From contig NIVC01000038.1 in assembly GCA_002269645.1 (NCBI GenBank), positions 1 through 64,000 on the forward strand: a DNA stretch of 64,000 bases, given 5' to 3'. This document shows positions 1-10,595 of the stretch, one piece after another. A program made the position numbers and the translations under genes. The first letter of the stretch is position 1; each line of letters begins with the position of its first letter. The notes beneath the pieces are model-generated. The model was not told the origin of the DNA and did not search any database. It saw nothing but the letters and a program-made list of their open reading frames with translations. This DNA is from Macrostomum lignano. Lineage: Eukaryota.

Positions 1-245
1 ATCCTCATCTGGCCAATCTCCAAGCCAACGGATACGAGAATCCCACTTATAAACTTCTGGAGGAATAAAAGTTGTGACGCTTATGTTTGAGTAATGTTGG
101 TTTCATTTGTCAGCTGATTTATTTGACCCTAAGTCGAAAAGGTCGCTGTTTGCTTTTGATTGACCAAAAACCTTACTGTCTGACTGTTTAAAATATTAGT
201 TTTGTACATTTGCGAAGCAGCAGTTTCACAGCCCTGCCCTTAAAA

Positions 246-1136
246 TGATATGGCGCCCCTCAGACTGATATGGCGCCCCCTCAGACAGATATGGCGCCCT
301 CTCAGACTGATATGGCGCCCCCTCAGACTGAATTATCGCCCCCTCAGACTGATATGGCGCCCTCTCAGACTGATATGGCGCGCCCTCACCCTCAGACTGA
401 TATGGCACCCCCTCAGACTGATATGGCGCGCCCTCACCCTCAGACTGATATGGCGCCCCTCAGACTGATATGGCGCGCCCTCAGACTGAAATGGCGCTCC
501 CTCAGACTGATATGGCGCCCCTCAGACTGATATGGCGCGCCCTTACCCTCAGACTGATATGGCGCGCCCTCACCCTCAGACTGATATGGCGCCCCCTCAG
601 ACAGATATGGCGCCCTCTCAGACTGATATGGCGCCCCCTCAGACTGATATGGCGCCCTCTCAGACTGATATGGCGCGCCCTCACCCTCAGACTGATATGG
701 CACCCCTCAGACTGATATGGCGCGCCCTCACCCTCAGACTGATATGGCGCCCCTCAGACTGATATGGCGCGCCCTCAGACTGAAATGGCGCTCCCTCAGA
801 CTGATATGGCGCCCCTCAGACTGATATGGCGCGCCCTTACCCTCAGACTGATATGGCGCGCCCTCACCCTCAGACTGATATGGCGCCCCCTTCAGACTGA
901 TATGGCGCCCCTCAGACTGATATGGCGCCCCCTCAGACTGATATGGCGTTCTCTCAGACTGAAATGGCGCTCCCTCAGACTGATATGGCGCCCCCTCAGA
1001 CTGATATGGCGCGCCCTCACCCTCAGACTGATATGGCGCCCCCTCAGACTGATATGGCGCGCCCTCACCCTAAGACTGATATGGCGCCCCCTTCAGACCG
1101 ATATGGCGCCCCTCAGACTGAAATGGCGCCCCCTCA
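246..1136. repeat. Minisatellite, ~20-27 bp unit (core CCTCAGACTGATATGGCGCC)
   Basis: Core repeated roughly 40 times with length variants (extra C, or CGCCCTCAC insert); it explains all ORFs listed in 226-1191. Confidence 0.97.
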
Positions 1137-2909
1137 AAATAGACAGCGGGATTCGGGAGCCACTTTTCTGTTGCTAAGTAATAAGTCTTAGATTAGTCAC
1201 TGTTAAACAATGCTCGCGATCTCACTATGGCTGCTCATTGTTGTACGAGTATATTTATTATTTAATCGTGTGTAATGATTTATCGGACAGCAAAGCTTAT
1301 AAACTTCATAATCAAACGCGTTTTATGTTTAAACTCCGTTTTTAATCTCGAAAACTATTATTATTATTATTATTATTCAGATTGCACGCAAACTCCACTC
1401 GAAGTTAACTACTCAAAACACTGGCATAGCATATTTCATTTTAATTTAGGAGTTCTCGAGAATTCACTTTAAGATACTGCCAATCATATTCGAATTCTAC
1501 GTTCGTCTATGGTTAAAACACCGTCATTGATATATTCCGTTGAATAATCCATTCCGTGACAACTCACTAGGGACTCTAGCGACAGAGAGACGTCACGTGA
1601 GTTGCAGAATCATAAAAAAGTCGTTAAAGAATCTGAGCACACCTCAAATACGGAGTCGTCAAGGGTCACTTCTTTCCTATTTAGCTACCTGTGTTACCTG
1701 CAACGGCTCTTGGAAGATGCAAAGTGACTTTGGGACACTTCTTTCGTTTCAACAAACTAAATCATTTGAAATCATCAAGTACAATTCTATGCTTTCTTCA
1801 TACACGATTTTGGCCATAGACAATTGTCGAAGCGTTCGTTGAACTTTGGTTGGTCATATCCTAAATCGAATGCTTTTGACTTCCTAAATAAAATTAATAA
1901 AAATGCTGTGTTATGTAGCATGTGTTTTTTTACCTTACTAATATTCTCTTAGTTTTTTGTATCGTCTTGTAAAATCTCTTGTCTGTTCCTGTGATAGCAA
2001 CTATTCACCCGAAGTTTTTATAAACTTTTTATTTGTTAGTCAGCTTTTTGTCAGTCATCTTTTTTGGTTTGTTTCACCTCTATACACAGTTTGATAGCGT
2101 GTCTAAGCAGTGTGAATATTCAAAAAAAACCCTACCCGATTGTAGAATTCGTACTGGCAACTGGCAATAGTTTGTCTGTTATTCTCTGTCAGACTGTGCA
2201 ATACAGACAGAAGACCCGTCTTCTTTTATCTGTTCATGGAAAGCACTTTTTTGTCGTTTTTTAAGCAGCACTGAGCAGTTTAATCACTGAGTAACAATCA
2301 CTGTTGGTGTTGATGACTTTAATGTTGGGTTGTAGAGCGTTAGAGCGAGTTTTGTGTCATTTAGCGAGACACTCTAGACTCTGCATTGCTTCAGTTCACC
2401 AAGCTGTAAAATTGGTGCCAGCATTAGCTAGCTGGGGTAATTGAGGGTGTTGTTGCGACCCAGTCATTGGACTGAACAGCCGTACGCAGCCTTCAGATGC
2501 GCCGCGCAAAAGCTGCAGCTGAGCTGTCGGTTGCACATCTGCCTATTAGGGCAGCCGTAATCAATTATTTGCTACTCTTAAGTATTAGACACACACAATA
2601 GTTTAATAAAAGATTAGCACAAAATCGAGATTAGATAAATTTCAAGTCGATTCTGTGTAGCGTGAAACTGACATTTAACAGCAGCAATTTCTGTTGCAGG
2701 TGGTTCTGTTAATTTTGGTAAAAATTTGATACTTTATGCCAGAGTAGCTTTGTATTTATTTGAGAAGGAAAATAAGGGGCCGGTTAACCAAGTTGCTTTT
2801 TAATCAGTAGACCGCAGAATTTATAAGACCTTCAAATCTTTTGAACCGCTATGACTTGATGTTTCTTTCTTTATGTCCTTCATTAGCTTGATTAAAGTTC
2901 CTCTCAGCA

Positions 2910-3530
2910 TCACGGCTTCATCCGGACCCACTCAGCCTCGCTGGACACCTCAGCGGGCACAGCGGCGAACTTCAGCAGGCGACACATCCGGCTCACAGAT
3001 ACAAAGGTGCAGCCCAGACAGTCCTGGCTGAGGTGGCAGGCCATCGCACACTGGATTTCCGTTATGGCACTAACACTGATGTGGGTGATGGAGCTGCTGG
3101 AGGCTGAGATGCTCGGCATTGACGCTACAGCCAGTTTCTTCATCCTAGTAGTAGGACCAGCTGTGGGTGTGACAGATTTTATCAGGTGTAAACAATTTCT
3201 GCAAGAGTCCTAGACATTGGAGATATAAAACTGAAATTATTCTCAATCTTGTTCGAATTTAAGTTGTATTTTAAGTACAAATTAGGACTCACTGGCAGTG
3301 CAGTTGATTTCGTAAATCGAATTTTTTGAATTTCCACCGCACACCTGTGACGAGTTACCAGAGCAGGCAGAGCTGCATCTGCTCTCAGGAGCGACTCCGT
3401 GCAAAGCCGTAGGCGGAGCCGCAGCAGCAGTACCTTTGGCTCTGAGCACCGAAATAGCGGAACCGACCGTAGGCGCAGATTTGGCTGCACAGCTCCAGCG
3501 TCATTGCACTGTTATGCACGAAGGCCGGGT
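2910..3530 (-). pseudogene. WSC-PAN family copy A (5'-deleted, frameshifted)
   Basis: WSC 3' half MTLELCSQICAYGRFRYFG...CGG is present but frameshifts after GSAYG; signal peptide and the GCY part are deleted. Donor GT at 3292 (phase 1); acceptor cacag| 17 nt above the ATG at 3143; PAN-like exon (QCAMACHLSQDCLGC...CRLL) is open to 2910. Confidence 0.85.
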
Positions 3531-3589
3531 ATGTAACCTTAGTAAACCTTACTGCTTTTTCGACAATCGCGGCTTCTGTGATGTACCGT

Positions 3590-3945
3590 GTTTAAGCGAA
3601 AAGGCGGGTTGGGTGGATAAATGCAGCTCTGCTAATGGCATGCCAGTCAGTTCTGTGGACTCAGAGGAGGCTGATGATCCAGAAGTAACTCTATTTTGGT
3701 CCCTAATACGACTTGCTATCTTGCAGAGCATGCAAACCCATCCAGGATGGGTTGAGCTGAAGAAACTGTCGGGCTACCCATGGCGCCTTGAAGCTTCAGA
3801 TCAGGCGCAGGACTTAAATTGACAAAGCAGAAAGAAAGAGCCAGCATTGCAAACACATGCAAATCTGGAGCTAACAACTTTTTCATCCCTAAAGGCCTTG
3901 GTTGTTTATTGCTGAAATCTGAAAGCTTTTTTGGTAGCTGTAGGC
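3590..3945 (-). promoter_or_regulatory. Conserved upstream module of the WSC-PAN genes (copy A)
   Basis: Homologous block (gcagctctgctaatggcatg...ggctacccatggcgccttgaagctt...ctgaaatctgaaagcttttt) recurs upstream of copies C and D. A regulatory role is inferred only from position. Confidence 0.5.
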
Positions 3946-4499
3946 CTATATACCACTGACAATGAGGCAGTCCTTTTTATGAGGTGGAACTTCTTGGCTT
4001 AAATTTCACACGTGTGAACCCTTTCCTTATTATCCCAAATACCAATTTTTCTTAAGAAGCATAGAAACTACTACTAGTATTGTAAAAGCAATCTTAACAA
4101 CCTGCCTGTTATGTTACACTTGAACACTTTCCAGGTTCGAAGACCCTAAATCTGTGGTATTTAGTATCTGTGGCCTGAACTGCAAACTTTCCTGTCCATT
4201 TCAAGATGACTGCTTTGTAATGCGGAACAATGGTGCCACGAATTCAATGGTTGAAGTACGACTAATACAGTCAGTAAAACGCTAGGATTTCTTCTTGCAG
4301 ATTGTCAGTTCTTTATTTTGTTAAAATTCAAATTTTATTTCCAAATCAACAGACCAGCTTTGTCATATTTCAAACCACTGTAGACACAGTAAAGTTCTCA
4401 CCTCAGGAAATCGGGGTACTCGAATATGTACCAGAAAACAAAGTAGTTAAAGGTTCCAGACCTACTCAGCCTCACAGCTTCATCCGGAACCACTTAAAG

Positions 4500-5370
4500 T
4501 CACTGCAGCTTCATCCAGACCCACTCAGCCTCCCTGGCCACCTCAGCGGGCACAGCGGCGAACTTCAGCAGGCGGCACATCCAGCTCGAAGTCGCAAAGG
4601 CGCAGCCCAGGCAGTCCTGGCTGAGGTGGCAGGCCATCAGGCACTGGATTTCCGTCGTTGTAGCAATGCTGTGGTGGGTAACGGAGCTGCTTGTAGCCGA
4701 GATGTTCGGCGTGGACGCTGAAGGCAGCATCGTCAGAAACTGTCCAACTGCGGTTTACATGATTTAGCAGAAACCAAGATTTGCAAGATTTACGCTCGTA
4801 TGTGCAAATGTAACAAATACACAAATTTAGCCTCTGCTGCCCACAATAGTAAGTGCATGTAAATTTCATGCTTAAATTCAGAAGTGACTCCGCTCTTTGT
4901 ACAAACACTAGACAGGTTAAAAAATTTACCTATCATGTCTTACTTGGTTGGTAGTTGATTTCGTAGATTGAATTTCTGTAGCCTCCACCGCACAACTGTT
5001 TCGAGTTACCAACGCAGGCAGATCTGCACTCGCTCTCAGGAGCTGCTCCGAGCGAGCCGTAGGCGGAACCACAGCAGCAGAATTCTCCAGCCTGAGCACC
5101 AAAATAGCGGAACCGACCATAGGCGCAGATTTGGCTGCACAGCTCCAGCGTCATGGCGGCACTGAGAACGAAGGCCGGCTCTCCAGAATGAGTTCGGTGT
5201 GGGCCGAAGGCTGCGACTCCTTGTAGTCCTGTTAAGTCTCTGACACCGAAATCATTATAGCAGCCGATGTAGCGAAATCCCAGAGGCTGCGGAGGCGCGG
5301 CAGCCGGGCAGCATGCGAAGATCACCCATGTCAGCAGAAAGGCTGTGAGCTGGAACCCAGCCTTCATCAC
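4500..5370 (-). CDS. Secreted WSC + PAN/apple-like protein, copy B (2 exons: 5370-4944, 4747-4500; 224 aa)
   Basis: Hydrophobic N-terminus MMKAGFQLTAFLLTWVIFACC. WSC pattern YIGCY..RDL...MTLELCSQIC...CCCG...C...C.GN...CGG. Phase-1 intron A|GTAAG...ccgcag|TT joins in frame to a PAN-like exon with C-x3-C-x5-C-x2-C-x8-C. No stops. Confidence 0.88.
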
Positions 5371-6037
5371 TCAGCTCTATAGCTCGTGGTTTCTGAGAAA
5401 CGACAGATTATCGCAACGAAAACAACTGAAAGCACTTCCTCTCTCACTGCTTCTTATTGACAACCGCTGCCTCCTAGACAGTAAATATATGCCTCCCGGA
5501 TCGTGTTTGAGTACCCATTAATGTGCCATCCGGGATGTCCTTGAAGCGGACAGAGCATGGATTGATAGTCACTTCTCTATAATAGTGTTTCTGTTTTCCT
5601 TAGTGTAATGGGGAATCATTTGCACTGAAAGCCAATAAAAGTTTTTTTTTAATTTTGCTTAACGTACCAGTCCTGTCATCAGGTCCTGTATCAGGTTTCT
5701 ATGACGGCCGCTAAACTAAGAGCTTTTCACATGATTAATAACTACTGACCCACTCAACAGCCTTTGCTGATCGGCCCCACTTTGATAAAACGTTAAATAG
5801 TCTGTTTATTTATAGTTGTTATAGTTGTTTATAGTTTGTTTCACGCAACCCCCCACTCCACTGAGCAGTTCTCAGACTTCCTGAACTACGTTGGTGCATT
5901 ATTTCATCGCATTGTCCCCACCCTTGATATGTATCAACTATAAAGACCCTTAAAAGCGGAAACAGAATTAGGGCGTCCTGTGTACTCGCCCTTTGCAATG
6001 CCGTCATCGAGCGCCTGTGGCTTTTGTAAAAGTGCAA

Positions 6038-6210
6038 TGTGGTGAGCGAGAGACAAGCCAGTCGGGTTTAGTCCAACAAACAAAATTCAAACCCTCACCC
6101 GAAGGGTCGAGCTATTCTTATATTTACTCGAGAACGCATGTACATCGCATCCCTTGACCCCCAAACACCGACTAGCAAAACAAACCAGTGAGTAAACTCA
6201 CTTTACAACA
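6038..6210 (-). repeat. 3' LTR (173 bp)
   Basis: Differs from 10398-10595 by 3 substitutions and one 25-bp indel. Confidence 0.95.
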
Positions 6211-6264
6211 TTCACCATCCTCCTTAACAGTCACTAACTCCCTTCACAGCTGGCAATCAATGCG

Positions 6265-9200
6265 TCATGATCTGGCCGTACCACAACGGTGGTGCCCGCA
6301 GTCGCGTACTGCGCCGCAGCTCCGCGTCGGCCTCAGCGGTCGCCGGCGGCGGGTCTGTCGGACCTTCTGGCGCTGCCGGCTCTGCAGCCACTGGCGGCTG
6401 TTGTGGCATTGCCGTTGCCGAAGTCGTGCTGGCACCCTCGGGCTCCGCATGAGGCATACAGACGCTGGGTGTGCCACCTTGAGCCGTCCTCTAACCTGAC
6501 GATCGTCGGGCTGATGATGTCGCTGACCCGTAGAGGTGGTGACACGTGGCTCTGCAGCTTGCCTCGCATCCGCGGAGATCGCACTCGCACCAGGTCGCCG
6601 ACCCGGAATTGGCGCGGCGGCCGCCGGGATCTGTTGAGCCGCTTGAACTGCCGTCTCTGCCGCTCCTAAATCTGATCGGCCAGTGGGTGCTCTCGAGTCG
6701 CTCGCTTCGGCTGCAGCGTCCACAGCGGCGTGGTGATCTTGCGGCCGAGCATCAGCTCCGCTGGCCTCACGCCGATCAGCGCATGCGGTGTCGATCGGTA
6801 CGCCCACAGGATGGACTGCACCGCTTCCAGGAACGAGTAGCCGTCTTGAAGGTGGCTCTTCAAGCCCTCTTTGACTACACGGTTCAGGCGCTCCACTCCG
6901 GAATTTCCTTGAGGGTGGTAGAACGGAGTCTGACGATGATCGATGCCGTACGCCTTTAGAAAGTCGTTGAACTTCTGGGAGATGAACTGGGGTCCTCCAT
7001 CGGTGGTGATTACGCGCGGAATGCCCCAGCGACAAAACAGCGCCATGAGACTCTTGATAATAGTCGCAGATGTCGCTGAAGAGAGGTAGACCAGTTCGGG
7101 CCACTTTGAATGCAGGTCATGTACACCGAGTATGAAACGGCAGTTCTGTAGTGCACCCTCGTGCAGCTCTCCGAACAAGTCGATCTGCAGCTCTGTCCAC
7201 GGTTCCTTCGGCCACTTGGTCGGGGTCAGCACTGTCCGATGCGGCTTGAAGCTCTTCTCACTGATGATGCATGCAGAGCAGCTGCTGACGAACCTCCGAT
7301 GTCGCTGTCCATTTTGGGCCACCACGCGGTATCTCGGCAGTGATGCTTGGTCCTGCTGACTCCCTTGTGACCTTGATGCGATAAGTCGAGTATAACGGCG
7401 CGAGCTCCCATGGCCAAGCACCTGCCGTTGCTCGAAACAGTCAGCTCGTTCCTGACACTCCAGTAGGGCAGCAGGCGCTCATCGAGCTTTTTCTTGTCTG
7501 GCCAACCGGAAACTGTTAACTCTGCAACTCGTGCCAGGAGCTCGTCCTTTGACGTTGCCTCCGCCAGTTCATCCTTGGTGACCACGGTCAGTGCTTCGGC
7601 CAGGAGCACTCTTTGGACTTCCAGATCATCTGTTTCATCGCCTTCCGTCGGCTCGGCCGTGTCCTGGCAGCGCGACAGAAAGTCGGGCACGATGTTCTTG
7701 GCACCCGGGACGTACTTGACGGTGAAGGAGTAGTTTAACAAACGATCAGCCCAGCGATGCAGTCTGAGTGGCCGGTGTCCACTGCCAGATGATGACAGCA
7801 GCGTGGTGAGAGCCTGGTGATCGGTGTGGAGCTCGAACCGTCGGCCGTACAGGAAGAAGTTCCAGCGCTCACAGGCTAAGATTCAGGCCAGGGCTTCCCT
7901 CTCGCTCGCCGAGTAGCGGCGCTCCGTAGCACTCAGAGTTCGGCTCGCAAAGGCAACCGGGCGCCACTGGCCGTCGGAGTCTTGCTGGAGGAGCATCGCA
8001 CCGAGAGCTGATGCTGAGCTGTCGCAGCTGACGATGATCTGCTGATCTGCGTCGAAAAACTTGAGGCAGGGTGGCTTGCACACTCCTGCCTTCAGCTGCT
8101 CAAAAGCCTGCTGGCACTCACTGGTCCACTTCCACGGCTCGTCCTTCCTCAGCAGTTTCATGAGGGGCTCTGCCGTGCTGGAGAGGCTGGGAATGAAGTT
8201 GCCGAAGTACTTCACGACGCCTAGAAAGAAACGCAGCCACTTCCTTGGTGTTCGTTGGCGGCTGTACCTTCTCGATAGCTTCGACGTGTGACTGCAACGG
8301 GCGGACTCCAGAAGCGCTCAGCTCATAGCTTAGGAAGTTGACCTTGTCCTGGCGCCAGGAGCACTTGGCCGTATTGATAGTCACGTTGTGCGTCATCAGA
8401 GCTTGCAGCACCTTGTACAGGCGCTTGTCATGCTCTTCTCTTGATGCCGCGTGCACTACGATGTCGTCAATAAAGTGCACTGCGCCTTTGATGCCACTGA
8501 GGATCTTAGCCATCACCTTCTGGAACGCAGCCGGTGCACTACTCAGGCCGAAGCACAACCTCCGATATCGATATAGGCCTCGCTCCGTCACGAACATCGT
8601 CAGATTTCTGCAGTCCTCGGCCAACTCTAGTTGCAGGTAAGACGAATTCAGGTCCAACTTGGAGAAGCATCGCGACCGGGCGAACTCGGCGGAGAGCTCC
8701 TCAAAGGTCGGAAGTGGGTATCTGTCCGGTATGATGCTCTTATTTGGGCCTCTCAGATCGTTGCAGATCCGGATCGAGCCGTTCGCCTTTGGCACCACGA
8801 CTAGGTTTGACACCCAGTCTGAGGCGTCGACCTCCTCGATGATGCCTTGCTGCAGTAGCTGGTCGATCTCCTTTTGAACCGAATCCCTTAGGCTGAGCGG
8901 CACTCTGCGCAACGGTTGAGCAGTCGGTTGCACCGCGGGGTTGACTCGCGGCCTGTGCTGAAATCCTTTGATGTGTCCGAGTCCCTGAGTCAACTGGTCG
9001 AACCGGCCTGGGATCCAGTCAGGTAGGGCTCTCGTGCCGATTGTCTGCACTCGCTCACCGTCTGCAGTGACGATTCGCAGTCCCAGCTGATCCATGAGGT
9101 CGCACCCCAGGATGTCAGATCCGGTATTGACCACGCTAAGGTTGACGTAAGGCACTACTTTGTCCTTGAGTTGCACCGAGGTCAGGATGTCACCAAGCAC

Positions 9201-10146
9201 GCAGATCTTGCTGCCGTTGAAAGCGACCAGCTTCCGGGATGACGCCTGCAGGGGCACGTTGGACAGAAGTCTGTTGTACGTCGTCTTGGTGATGATGGAG
9301 ACTCGCGATCCGGAGTCAACGAGCAGCTTGACAGGCCTCCCGTTCAGCAGCACTTCGCAGAGCTTGCTTGCTGCCGCAGCTGTCGACACAGTGCAGATGG
9401 AGTACTCATCCTGAAGCTGTCGCACTCGGTTGCCGCTCCTGCAGACTCTGGCGAAGTGCCCGCGCTTGCCGCAGGACTTGCACTTCTGCCCCTTTGCTGG
9501 ACAAGTCTGTCCACCGAAATGCGCCGCTGAGCCACAGTAGCCCCAGCTCCGGCCGTCGGTTGTCGGCTTCAGTGCCTCGTGCTGTCTTGCCGCCGCTCCA
9601 CTGTTCTTGGCCTTGCTAATCTGCTGGACTCCACACGAGCTGCTTGGGTCTACGTGGCTGGCTGCCTCCCTTGATGGCCTGGGCCTCCAGCAGTCCAGTT
9701 TCCAGTCGCTCCGCCAACTGCACAGCTGTCGCCAAGGTCAGCTCCGGCTCCATAAGCAGTCGCTCCCTGATGTGGTTGCTGAGCACTTTCTCGACGAGCT
9801 GGTCACGCAGCATCTCCTCCTGGAAGGTCTTGAAGTCGCAGTTCGAAGCCAGGTTTCGCAGCGCGGCAACGAAGTCGCTGATCTTTTCGCCCGGTCGCTG
9901 AGCTCTCTGTCGGAATCTGTGCCTCTCAGCAACTACGTTGACCTTGGGTCCGAAGTGCGTGTCCAGGAGCTTCAGCGTGTCATCAACTGTTGCTGGCGGA
10001 TGCTCTCCTTCCTCCTGATTGCTGCTGGCCTGTAGAGACATATAGATGTTTTGTCCCTCTGCACCCAAGCAGTGGATGAGCAACGCTTGTTTTCTTTGCT
10101 CCGGCAGATCGATGGCTCCCGATGCTAGCAGGTAATTGCTGAACAT
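6265..10146 (-). pseudogene. Disrupted gag-pol polyprotein
   Basis: Motifs: gag LLIHCLGAEG...ERHRFRQR; knuckle CKSCGKRGHFARVC; protease LLVDSGS; RT KLDLNSSY and FIDD; RNase H VSCDSS...FASRTL...EREALA; integrase IDLFG, TDGGPQF, HPQGNSGVERLNR. About 3 frameshifts (~9650, ~8220, ~7300) and 2 in-frame stops (7883, 6666). Confidence 0.92.
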
Positions 10147-10397
10147 TGCTTTCCATCGGTTTCATTCAATCAGCGGTGCTTCAGCGGCTGGCAGAAACGG
10201 CTGCGGTGGCGAAATGTTGACACTCATTCTGTTGGCTGTATCTCTGCTTGATTGTTGGGACCCTCGCTGTGGGTCACCCATTGCACTTGCATTTGCACCT
10301 TCTGTGCTGCTCATGACTTGGCAGATTTTAGAGTTTGCGCTTGTTGTGCTGAGTCACGCTGGCCCAAATCGATTGATTTCTCCGCGCGACGCCAAAA

Positions 10398-10595
10398 TGT
10401 GGTGAGCGAGAGACAAGCCAGTCAGGTTTAGTCCAACAAACAAAATTCAAACCCTCACCCGAAGGGTGGAGCTATTCTTATATTTACTCGAGAACGCATG
10501 TACATCTACAAACAGAGCGCGCATGTACATCGGATCCCTTGACCCCCAAACACCGACTAGCAAAACAAACCAGTGAGTAAACTCACTTTACAACA
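10398..10595 (-). repeat. 5' LTR (198 bp)
   Basis: Carries an extra 25 bp (tacaaacagagcgcgcatgtacatc) bounded by the direct repeat cgcatgtacatc. Confidence 0.95.

Larger units (their letters stand above)
6038..10595 (-). mobile_element. Full-length Ty3/Gypsy (Mag-like) LTR retrotransposon, 4558 bp, degenerate gag-pol
   Basis: LTRs TG...CA at 6038-6210 and 10398-10595; 5-bp TSD TGCAA (6033-6037, 10596-10600). PBS-like TGGCGTCGCG next to the 5' LTR and purine tract AAGGAGGATGGTGAA next to the 3' LTR. Domain order gag-CCHC-PR-RT-RH-IN. Confidence 0.96.

Noticed and set aside
226-1191. Many overlapping ORFs (MAPPQTD..., LRLIWRP...)
   Set aside because: They are all frames of a stop-poor minisatellite, with no unique flanks or splice context.
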